Shown here: positions 55,275 through 64,000 of the stretch, piece after piece | How the letters are laid out: each line of letters begins with the position of its first letter | Numbering within the stretch: position 1 is the first letter of the stretch | Source of the DNA: Nemertoderma westbladi | Lineage: Eukaryota > Animalia > Xenacoelomorpha | Direction: 5' to 3' | DNA length: 64,000 bases | Assembly: GCA_032718475.1 (NCBI GenBank) | Contig: JAUCBJ010003878.1 | Coordinates: forward strand, 8,588 to 72,587 | Notes under the pieces: model-generated | Databases searched by the model: none | Seen by the model: the letters and a program-made list of their open reading frames with translations, nothing else | What the model was told of the DNA's origin: nothing | Program-made: the position numbers and the translations under genes

Positions 55275-55910
55275 CGGGTGAGCACAAAACAAAGACCAAA
55301 GATTAAGTACCTGTACGAAACACAGGTGTTAACTTTCGTTTATAGTTTTGGTTCTTCCAACGCGCTTCTATAACCTGCTCCTTTACGCTCTTTGCGACCT
55401 AACGCTCTTTGGGACCTAACGCTCTTTGGGAGCTAACGCTATTTGGGAGCTAACGCTCTTTGGGACCTAACGCTCTTTGGGACCTAACGCTCTTTGGGAC
55501 CTAACGCTCTTTGGGACCTAACGCTCTTTGGGACCTAACGCTCTTTGGGACCAAACGCTCTTTAGGACCTAACGCTCTTTGGGACCTAACGCTCTTTAGG
55601 ACCTAACGCTCTTTGGGACCTAACGCTCTTTAGGACCTAACGCTCTTTGGGACCTAACGCTCTTTAGGACCTAACGCTCTTTGGGACCTAACGCTCTTTG
55701 GGACCTAGCGCTTTGTGGGACCTAACACTCTTTGGGACCTAACGCTCTTAGGTCCCATTGCCTGATTGCTATTTGAACGAGCTGGTTAGTAAAGGAGCAG
55801 TTTACAGATGCGTGTTGAGGGAACCAAAACAATAAACGAAAGTTAACACATGTAACAAGAATATGCAGGTTACTTAATTGGGTCTTGGGTCTTTGTTTTG
55901 TACTCAACCG
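55275..55910. mobile_element. MITE/foldback element with a central 17-bp tandem array (CCTAACGCTCTTTGGGA, ~55382-55750)
   Basis: Nested inverted arms: CGGGTGAGCACAAAACAAAGACC / GGTCTTTGTTTTGTACTCAACCG; TGTTAACTTTCGTTTAT / ATAAACGAAAGTTAACA; CTGCTCCTTTAC / GTAAAGGAGCAG. Confidence 0.75.
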
Positions 55911-56149
55911 AAGACCATGAAAACGGTAACAGTTATTTTTGAATGAAAATTAAAATATAATGGATCATGTACGTACAGTAGCCTACAGTAATCACTTTTA
56001 ATTATCAACTTCTGATGTATTAATAAGAGTCTAATAGATAGTAATACAGTTGTAGGTGAAAGTGAATTTAAAGCTAATTCCTATGCACTACTTTTTTCAC
56101 TCTTCGGCAGCAACATAATAATATGTCCGGCGAACCGACAACTAAATTA

Positions 56150-57412
56150 TCACCAATTCCGTAAAATATGTTCTGCTTTATCGAGGGTCTCGTCCGATTT
56201 CATAAAACAAAACCGAATAAATTTCTCCCCTAAATGTTTGTTCGCGGCGGAATAGAACGCCGAGGTGGGAATCGCCGTTAAACCTTTACGCTTCGTCATC
56301 CATTTAACAATTTGGAAATCTAAGGGTTCCGATTGGTCCTCGTCGCTTAGGTCTACCCGAAGACCCCGGGTGTCTGCTACCATAAAGTAGCCTCCTTCCG
56401 CCACGTGAGCGTCCAATCCCGCGGCTCTCAACATCGACGCCAATCGATCTCGTTTCGACACCGCTAGCCGGCGCAGTTGCCCCCAGTAACTAAGAGGCCC
56501 GCTCCCATTGGCTACCTCAGTTTCCACTGCTATAGCTACCGCTTCTTGGAGTATCGACGATACACTATTTACGCACATGTTGTGGATCGCACCGACGTGT
56601 TTAATAAGGAATTCAGGACCCACTGTCCAGCCGATCTTAACGCCAGTAACAGAGAAAGCTTTCCCCGCGCTCCCTACTGTTAAAGTGCGCTCAAACATTC
56701 CGGGAAGACTCGCGATTTTAACGTGTTCCGAAGGTTCACTTACAATGAACTCGTAAACTTCATCGGAAACACAAATGACATTCCATTTTATGCAAATTTT
56801 TGCGATTTCTCGTAATTCCGAGAGAGTGAAAACTTTACCTACCGGGTTATTGGGGTTGTTTAAAATTATCATTTTCGTTTTCTCATTGAAAGCTGATTCA
56901 AGTTCAGTAAAGTCTAGTTTCCAGTCCGCGCTAGTTAAAGTAGACCTTCCTTCGCCTGGGGCGACCGTTGGTCGCATAGCGACGTGGACCGGGACCCCGC
57001 CGGCGACTCTTACCATAGGTTCGTAGCAATCGAAACAGGGTTCTATAAGTACGACCTCGTCCCCTGGGTTGATTACGGCCTGGGTGATGTTGTAGAGACT
57101 GTTGTACGCGCCCACTGTGGGTAGTATCTGGGTGAAGGGATTCAATTCGCCCAACTGGGCGCGGTACAGCGTAGCTAAGGCAACTACCAATCGGCGATGG
57201 CCCCAGCATCTGGCGTACTGGTACATGAGAGAGTCGTTGGATTGAGTGACTGACGTCATCGCTTTCCTGATGACTTCCGGTGCCCGGATGTCAGGGAACC
57301 CCTGGCCCAGATCCACGGCGTTCGTTTGGTTTTTTAATTCGCCAAATTCAACCCAAATATTTCTGTGAAGTCCGGATATTCTACTAGCCATGGGGCGTAA
57401 ACTTGTTGCCAT
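56150..57412 (-). CDS. KYAT1/3: Kynurenine-oxoglutarate transaminase (class I PLP aminotransferase), intronless CDS
   Basis: IWVEF, DLGQGFPD, LNNPNNPVGKVF, SDEVYE, PLP-lysine motif SAGKAFSVTGVKIGW and IRFCFMK. Confidence 0.95.
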   Translation of the reverse strand: MATSLRPMASRISGLHRNIWVEFGELKNQTNAVDLGQGFPDIRAPEVIRKAMTSVTQSNDSLMYQYARCWGHRRLVVALATLYRAQLGELNPFTQILPTVGAYNSLYNITQAVINPGDEVVLIEPCFDCYEPMVRVAGGVPVHVAMRPTVAPGEGRSTLTSADWKLDFTELESAFNEKTKMIILNNPNNPVGKVFTLSELREIAKICIKWNVICVSDEVYEFIVSEPSEHVKIASLPGMFERTLTVGSAGKAFSVTGVKIGWTVGPEFLIKHVGAIHNMCVNSVSSILQEAVAIAVETEVANGSGPLSYWGQLRRLAVSKRDRLASMLRAAGLDAHVAEGGYFMVADTRGLRVDLSDEDQSEPLDFQIVKWMTKRKGLTAIPTSAFYSAANKHLGEKFIRFCFMKSDETLDKAEHILRNW

Positions 57413-57877
57413 GGTTTCTGCTGATACATATAATGCCGCTCAATAAAACACAATCTAAAATTAATTAGCCTATCTCTATAAGGGGAATCATTACTCTAGT
57501 TGTATTCTATAAGACATAGACAATCGACATTGAAATTAATTAGTAATTATATAAAATTGAAATTCAACAGACAAAAATCAACAAAAACGTAAATTAATTA
57601 ATATCCTCTTAATTAATACACACACCCACCCACTACGGTATAGAACTGTAAAGGTAATTAATACACACACCCACCTACTACGGTATAGAACTGTAAAGGT
57701 AAAGATAGATATTGTACAATTTTTCCCTTGAGAGCTCAAGCAAGATACTTTTGAGATGATTGGCTGTTCGGAAATCAGATCGACCAATTATGGCCCTTTT
57801 GTATTATGGTATCTTGGTGCATTTTCGGTAGTAGTATTAATTAAGGTACCATAGTTTAGGTTTGTTTTTTATATTAG

Positions 57878-58133
57878 ATCTTTGTTTACGTCAACCATGT
57901 TAGTCCCGGTTGCCCCAGCAACATGTCCTCCCGGGGGTCGCTACAATAAACGCGGCGTTGACTCAAGACATTTCACCTGCAATTTGGAACCTACACCGTT
58001 GCCATGGAAGCTAGAACGACCGCTCGGCTCATTGTCTAGGATAAGAAAAGCCCCGAAGAAGGTTCCACCCAAAGTCGAGGCGAAGACTAAACCACAGCCC
58101 CAAAGGAGGTCAGTGAAAAAAACTTCATTATAA
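57878..58133 (+). CDS. Putative orphan gene, terminal exon
   Basis: T-rich tract plus TAG acceptor at 57876-57877, phase 2 and compatible with the 51746 donor. GC-richer ORF to TAA; AATAAA at 58331. Confidence 0.5.
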
Positions 58134-58334
58134 ATTATTTCCAATCTTTAAATCAAAACTCGTCGTCAAATATATTTAAATGTAATTTAGAATAATAATA
58201 TAAATACTGGCCCATGTGAAATATACCAGATTTTATGCAGTTATTTTTCACATCGCGGTATCTGTTTTGTTTATCTGCAGCGTTTATTCTTGAGAATAAT
58301 CTTACAATAACGTTTAATAATAGTTTCTTTAATA

Positions 58335-58792
58335 AACCGTTCTACATTGTGGTGGACTGAGTGCGGAACTACAGTAGCAATTAAAGCATAACGGTGTAAC
58401 AATTAATTATAACCGTTCTACATTGTGGTGGACTGAATGCGGAACTACAGTAGCAATTAAAGCATAACGGTGTAACAATTAATTATAACCGTTCTACATT
58501 GTGGTGGACTGAATGCGGAACTACAGTAGCAATTAAAGCATAACGGTGTAACAATTAATTATAACCGTTCTACATTGTGGTGGACTGAATGCGGAACTAC
58601 AGTAGCAATTAAAGCATAACGGTGTAACAATTAATTATAACCGTTCTACATTGTGGTGGACTGAATGCGGAACTACAGTAGCAATTAAAGCATAACGGTG
58701 TAACAATTAATTATAACCGTTCTACATTGTGGTGGACTGAATGCGGAACTACAGTAGCAATTAAAGCATAACGGTGTAACAATTAATTATAA
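58335..58792. repeat. 76-bp tandem repeat, 6 copies
   Basis: Unit AACCGTTCTACATTGTGGTGGACTGAATGCGGAACTACAGTAGCAATTAAAGCATAACGGTGTAACAATTAATTAT. Confidence 0.97.
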
Positions 58793-58960
58793 CAACAATA
58801 CAGCTGGGTAACTAAACTAGAAGAAGTATAGCCCCTTATTGATGAGATGAGATGATTTCAACTTTTCATAAAGTTTAGAGTAATACAGAATATAAAGAAA
58901 ATAATAGACTATCTGAACGAGTTGGGACCTATTGAAAAGGGGAACCTTGTTAGCGCTTTC

Positions 58961-59160
58961 CAGAGGCGTAGCGACGGGGGGGGGGGGGGCGTTCCCCCGA
59001 GCGCACTGACCCAGGGGCGCTGAAATGTCAGGGAAAATGTCCGGGAATTCTGGTAAAAATAGAACAAATCAGTGAAAATTCAGGGATTGTGATACATTAT
59101 TTTACAGGACATGTCTCATAAGCGAAAATGTGGAAAACTATATCAAACTTGCGTAAAATA
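58961..59160. mobile_element. hAT-like MITE end abutting the dynein ORF
   Basis: Starts CAGAGGCGTAGC (hAT-type terminus). GTCAGGGAAAA motifs are the inverse of the TTTCCTGAC subterminal repeats at 18501-19077. No partner end is seen. Confidence 0.4.
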
Positions 59161-62100
59161 GATCATCAATCCATACATCAAATGTTCCATTGATTCTGTT
59201 GAGTTTCTCTTCCCAACTCAAAGCTTCATCTTCAAAGACCTTATAATAGGGAGAAACCTTCATAGCTGCCACATTATTTATATGCTCCTTAACTTTGTTG
59301 AATAGATCATCCCACCCTCGGATAATATTACACTTGTTTTGGTAATTTATCAATTCCAACTCATATGTATGCCAACAATCACGAACTTGTTTTAGAAATT
59401 CTTCCAGGGCAGTTTCACCTTGAGCTACAGATAATACATCACGTATGGTTGTTTCATTCTTAATTAGATCAATAGCCCATACATGCCCAAGGGTAAGTTC
59501 TGACAAAACCCAATTCACACCTAATTTCCTCATTAGGGTTTTCCAATGACGTTCCTTCAGGGCATCAGATTTCAATTCAGTAATGAGCACATTTGCTTTA
59601 GTGTACTGTTTCAATGATGACTGTATATGTTCAAAAGAAGCATACTGTCTTAGCTTAGAAGGCATACCTTTCAGTTGTGTTGTTAACGAATCCAATTGCT
59701 GTCGAATCTTTCTTGGGTTAATACTCAACCATGTCTGTTCCTTCAACCCATCGATTTGATCCCAGACCTTGGATAATTCTAGCCATACAACTTTCAAATC
59801 ATGAAGTTCTTCGAGTGCAACAACCATTTTCTCTTCATTGATGTTGATATGACCTGGATCGTGAAGATCTAGAGCCTCTTTTGCTTTGATTAGATTTTGT
59901 CGATCCTCCTTCAGCCTTTGGAATTTTGTTTCATAAATAGCAAGTTGAGTAGAAGCATCTTCTGGTCGAAGGTCGCCCCCAACTGGCTTACACTTATCCC
60001 AATCAAGCAATATCTCCCCTGTACGAGATTCTACCTGTTTATCTTCCTGGATGATCTTCATTTGAAGTTGACCTACTTGACCCTGGATACTCTGATCCTT
60101 TCGTTTCAAAATTTCATTAAAAGCACCCCACTCTCCTTCAATGTTATCTACATGTAACCACGATGGAGGGAATTGGTAGCGCTGTTTCTCCAAAAGCTTC
60201 TGCCCTTCTCTATACAATTCAACTTCTTTATCCCAGTTTTTCACTTTACGTTTCACAGACTGCATGTAGGTTATAAACTCAACAGCCTCAGAAGTGGATG
60301 CTGTATCAATAGACTGAACCTCTAACTCACCTCGACTTTTGCCTACAACATTATGCAATTCCTGCATACCATCATTCAGCAGGTTACCAAAACGTGACAG
60401 TAAATCTTTATGAATTGAGTCATACTTCAGACTAACTTTTGGTTGAACTTTTCCAAAGTCAACCTTTACAGCTCCAAAAGTTTTCATGGTTTCAGCAGTA
60501 TCAAAGGTGCTTCTAGCATTCTTTATTTCAGCCAGCAACTGCATCCATTTGTCCAATGACAGTCCAATTCGTTGTTCAACAGTCTCAATTGTAAGATCCC
60601 ATAAACTCTGAAAGAATACCCACTTGTTAACATAGCTAGTTAAATGAGTCATGATCTTCTCAATGACAGTATAAACGCTTAGCAACACAGAAGAACCACC
60701 AGGCATGCACGACATGACTTTACGGTAAGTCGTCTCACCAAGATCTCTGTCAAGGCCAACCTGATATCGCTGACTTTGTATTCGTGGGAGATCGAGAATC
60801 AATGATTCCCAGTCGTGTAGTGATTTGAAGAGATCCTTTCGGACATCAGGAACACTCGGATGAAAGTAAATCACCTGGTTTCTTAGTTTAAATTCATAAA
60901 CACAAATATTAATTACAGGATCACCACCATACGGATGCTCAGCATTATCATCAGAATCATCATCAGCTGCCTTTGTATCCATGATGAGAGCATTTTCCCA
61001 TGCTTTAATTCCAGCTTGAAGTCGACTTGCTAACTTCTCCTCAACCTGTTTGTCCAACTTAGCCACCCACTGCGGTAAGTTTGAATATGAATATAAATTT
61101 AATTCATCCACACCATTCTGAATGCGACTGAGACTTTCAATAAAGGTTGATTGATCATATCTACATGAGTCTAAAGCAATCAACTCATTATCAATTTTTT
61201 CCATGTTTAACACAAGGTCACTAACTTTCTCTTGGTAGTTAGAGACAGCCTCTCCTAACCGTTGCACATATGGGTCCAGCTTATAAGACTCCCAAGTCAA
61301 TCCTCCACCTTCTGTAATAAGACTTTGTATTTCGCGTTTTAATCCTGCAACAAGCATCACTATGTTGGACCTTTCATCAACTTTAACATTTGTTCGGTCA
61401 TAGGTCTTTATTGACTCAATCAAAGAAATAGCAAATGGATACAGCTGATTGGCTTGATGTGCTTTATTCATAATTCCAAGAGGAACACGATATCCGAGCC
61501 ATTTTAGGTTTCTTACTTCCTTTGATAATTGTATGATCTCCGGAGCGAAATTAACTCGAAGTTGATGTATTTTGGAGGCTCTAGCTCGAACTGATTCGAC
61601 ATAATAGATTTTACCAGAAATAACAAGTTGCTTCTGTTGAGTTCGTTGAACCCAATCATCAAATACCTCCTGCGTAGAAAGTTTCTTGCGGAATGAATCA
61701 GAATCGCCTTTAAGTTTCTGGCCTTCTACATGATTCTCCCAACCTTTCCCAAGAACATCTTCAACTCTTTTCATAAAGAAACTTAGTTGCCTCTCAATCT
61801 GACGCGCCCAGATTATGCTTCCTGAAACAGGGGGTAAATCTCGGACCCTACTCATTTGGCTCGATTTGCTATTAGGATAGCCCTGTTTGAACTTGATATG
61901 CAAACTTTCAATATCTTCTTTAACCCGAGCTATAAGTTGTGTTTGATATTCGCGAATAGCCCCCATGATATGCGGACGAACAAAAAGTGCATTGAATCGA
62001 GAGAAAATGCGAAACATTTCATTGGCATTGCGAGCGGTTCCCAACTGGTCCCGAAGACGAGCTGTAATCCGTGTTTCCACTCGATCAATCCGTTCATCAT

Positions 62101-63727
62101 AGCGCTTAATAGCTGCTTCCCAAGCCTCAGTGCCTTCCTTTGATAAATCCAGAACATCAACCTCTTTAACATTCTCATATGCGATATTCACCTCCTCTAT
62201 AGCATTGGCATCAGAGGTCTCCAGCATGTCTGGGGATGTCGGCTGTTGCTCATCTACAACTTGAAGTTGTTGACCACCAGAACGTAAAACACGTACAATC
62301 ACAGTTCTCAACTGTTCGTGTTGCTTTCTAAACTTACGCAATTGCTCCAACCTACTTTGAAGTTTTTTATGGGAAGGATTCGCTCTCCAAGTCATTTTCA
62401 TTGTTTCATCTCGTTTTTTCTTAGCTATCTCCCGCAGCAGCTGTTGCAAACGTTCAAATTCATCCTCCCACTCGGAGAATACATGGATAGAACCAGTCAT
62501 TAATTTGTCAAATTCATCATATGATATATGCATTAGACGCCGGGTACCCAGAACTTTGAGCATCTGTGAACTAAGATCGCGGGAAATGGCCTCAACCAAC
62601 CTGAAACATCTTGAAATTGGATACTTTGTATTCCTAATTTTTCTTAAGTGAGTAAAAATAGCAACCAATGATTGTTTAATCTTCTCTAATTCAGTTGATG
62701 CCAAAAGGTCATTTAATGGAAAATCCTTCATAAGAGGATTATAATCATTGACTGTAGCTAGTGCTTGTTTCAACCCTGTATCTGTATCAAAACTTAGTGT
62801 TGCCAAAAATCTCTTGCCATGCTTCAATATATCCAAAGTGAGAAGTATCTCAACACCTTCTCGTTTTTCTTGTATTCGAAGGAGGGCACGCTCCAAGTTC
62901 AACCAGAAACTAATTTCCTGCAATGCTGTACCAGAAGATGGGTCACGATTTAACTTTGTAACTTTCTGTATTTCTCTAATCCAACGATTAACACCATTTT
63001 GCAATATGTTCAGAAAGCTAGAATCATCTACTCGATCACCGAGATCTCCAACCCTTGGTGTTCGCTGTTCACTTTTAGCTTGAGCTACAGCAGCTTGCAC
63101 AGCAGGATTAATTGTTAGAGTAATCTCTGGTATGTCTATATTCTGCTGTAGATGAAGTAGTCCCATCTCTAATTCGACTATTTTTTTCTCAACACTAGCT
63201 GCCATCTTGTCACCGTCACGATCTGCCTTTCCAGTAACTCGAATATAACTCTTGAAAAAAGGAGAAATCGCATTGGCCACATAACTGTGGAGATTCTCAT
63301 ATGGAGAACCTTCGGTAAAATTTAAGATGCGAATTTGGCTATTAATAGGTTTATCAGCCTCTAAAACATCACCTCGTTTCATAAACGTGACACATGACTG
63401 TTTTGGGCTGCTAAATGTTACATCAGGATGAATTGAATAATGACGCTTTCCAGATTGCTCATCATCATCATCTTCTTTTATTATAGTGCGGGAAATCAAA
63501 AACCCTTTGGTATTTGGATCAGATGCAAACTTCTTCACTATAGATAAGCAGTTTTTAGAAGACAGTAATGTTTTCAATTCTATGGGGACAACTGCTGAAT
63601 TATCTTCCAGCAGCACTGGAACTAACTGCTCTATATATTTAGTTACCACACTGCTATCAGCAACCTGTATTTCAACCGCAGCTGCATCAACTGCAGAATC
63701 AGCAGTCCTAGATTCAACATCAGCCAT
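59138..63727 (-). CDS. DYNC1H1: Cytoplasmic dynein 1 heavy chain, N-terminal tail and partial linker only (1529 aa, intronless)
   Basis: Conserved DHC1 blocks throughout ([74 protein letters not shown]). Homology ends at FDVWID; no AAA domains. Confidence 0.93.
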   Translation of the reverse strand: MADVESRTADSAVDAAAVEIQVADSSVVTKYIEQLVPVLLEDNSAVVPIELKTLLSSKNCLSIVKKFASDPNTKGFLISRTIIKEDDDDEQSGKRHYSIHPDVTFSSPKQSCVTFMKRGDVLEADKPINSQIRILNFTEGSPYENLHSYVANAISPFFKSYIRVTGKADRDGDKMAASVEKKIVELEMGLLHLQQNIDIPEITLTINPAVQAAVAQAKSEQRTPRVGDLGDRVDDSSFLNILQNGVNRWIREIQKVTKLNRDPSSGTALQEISFWLNLERALLRIQEKREGVEILLTLDILKHGKRFLATLSFDTDTGLKQALATVNDYNPLMKDFPLNDLLASTELEKIKQSLVAIFTHLRKIRNTKYPISRCFRLVEAISRDLSSQMLKVLGTRRLMHISYDEFDKLMTGSIHVFSEWEDEFERLQQLLREIAKKKRDETMKMTWRANPSHKKLQSRLEQLRKFRKQHEQLRTVIVRVLRSGGQQLQVVDEQQPTSPDMLETSDANAIEEVNIAYENVKEVDVLDLSKEGTEAWEAAIKRYDERIDRVETRITARLRDQLGTARNANEMFRIFSRFNALFVRPHIMGAIREYQTQLIARVKEDIESLHIKFKQGYPNSKSSQMSRVRDLPPVSGSIIWARQIERQLSFFMKRVEDVLGKGWENHVEGQKLKGDSDSFRKKLSTQEVFDDWVQRTQQKQLVISGKIYYVESVRARASKIHQLRVNFAPEIIQLSKEVRNLKWLGYRVPLGIMNKAHQANQLYPFAISLIESIKTYDRTNVKVDERSNIVMLVAGLKREIQSLITEGGGLTWESYKLDPYVQRLGEAVSNYQEKVSDLVLNMEKIDNELIALDSCRYDQSTFIESLSRIQNGVDELNLYSYSNLPQWVAKLDKQVEEKLASRLQAGIKAWENALIMDTKAADDDSDDNAEHPYGGDPVINICVYEFKLRNQVIYFHPSVPDVRKDLFKSLHDWESLILDLPRIQSQRYQVGLDRDLGETTYRKVMSCMPGGSSVLLSVYTVIEKIMTHLTSYVNKWVFFQSLWDLTIETVEQRIGLSLDKWMQLLAEIKNARSTFDTAETMKTFGAVKVDFGKVQPKVSLKYDSIHKDLLSRFGNLLNDGMQELHNVVGKSRGELEVQSIDTASTSEAVEFITYMQSVKRKVKNWDKEVELYREGQKLLEKQRYQFPPSWLHVDNIEGEWGAFNEILKRKDQSIQGQVGQLQMKIIQEDKQVESRTGEILLDWDKCKPVGGDLRPEDASTQLAIYETKFQRLKEDRQNLIKAKEALDLHDPGHININEEKMVVALEELHDLKVVWLELSKVWDQIDGLKEQTWLSINPRKIRQQLDSLTTQLKGMPSKLRQYASFEHIQSSLKQYTKANVLITELKSDALKERHWKTLMRKLGVNWVLSELTLGHVWAIDLIKNETTIRDVLSVAQGETALEEFLKQVRDCWHTYELELINYQNKCNIIRGWDDLFNKVKEHINNVAAMKVSPYYKVFEDEALSWEEKLNRINGTFDVWIDDLFYASLI

Positions 63728-64000
63728 TATTATATTTTACGGTGCACACGCATCTCTGCTTCATTAAATCCAACAATATCTGAATATATAACAATAGGCA
63801 GAAAGGCCTAATAAAATTACTAATAATAATATATCAATGTAATTAATACCGGTATGGTACTTCTGTGATTTAACATTCATTTATGCTGTACCTACGTTGT
63901 TCATTGTTAGACACTATTGAAAAGCCTAATACGTTCGGCACAGCAGCACAGCATTTAAAAACTTCTCAATAGAGGACTGCTAGGGTTAGGCGGTACGCAG

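Noticed and set aside
31856-58792. CRISPR-like appearance of the 28-31-bp and 76-bp repeats
   Set aside because: Head-to-tail units without unique spacers, no cas genes, and a eukaryotic context.
59161-59164. GATC site at the dynein breakpoint, suggesting a restriction-ligation chimera
   Set aside because: The expected native sequence (GAT GTN, Asp-Val) would not contain GATC at this position, so ligation at this site is unlikely.
59146-59177. Possible donors GTATGG or GCAAGT near the dynein ORF end
   Set aside because: GTATGG encodes the conserved VW that continues into WID. GCAAGT would insert non-homologous DLFY. No downstream dynein exon exists in the window.

Overview
AT-rich, intron-containing DNA from an invertebrate animal; the species cannot be determined from the sequence alone. 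Roughly a third of the window is tandem minisatellite (nine unrelated arrays). Supported genes: the last two exons of a G-alpha 12/13 gene, BLOC1S2 (3 exons), the PP2A scaffold A subunit (2 exons), a MINPP1-like histidine phosphatase (3 exons), an intronless kynurenine aminotransferase (- strand), and an intronless cytoplasmic dynein-1 heavy chain ORF that stops after the tail/linker (1529 aa, no motor domain). Mobile-element remnants include RTE, CR1-like and other LINE fragments, hAT, Tc2-like and Harbinger-like non-autonomous elements, and tRNA-derived SINE heads. Main observations: (1) a motor-less dynein heavy chain ORF fused to transposon-like sequence; (2) a PP2A-A intron made almost entirely of ~90 tandem copies of its own 5' splice site; (3) a complete type I hammerhead ribozyme at 13299-13360; (4) a probable two-exon orphan gene with the KYAT gene nested antisense in its intron; (5) a MINPP lacking the catalytic HAE glutamate; (6) several minisatellites whose seed sequence can be identified locally. 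Most ORFs in the supplied track are translations of repeats.
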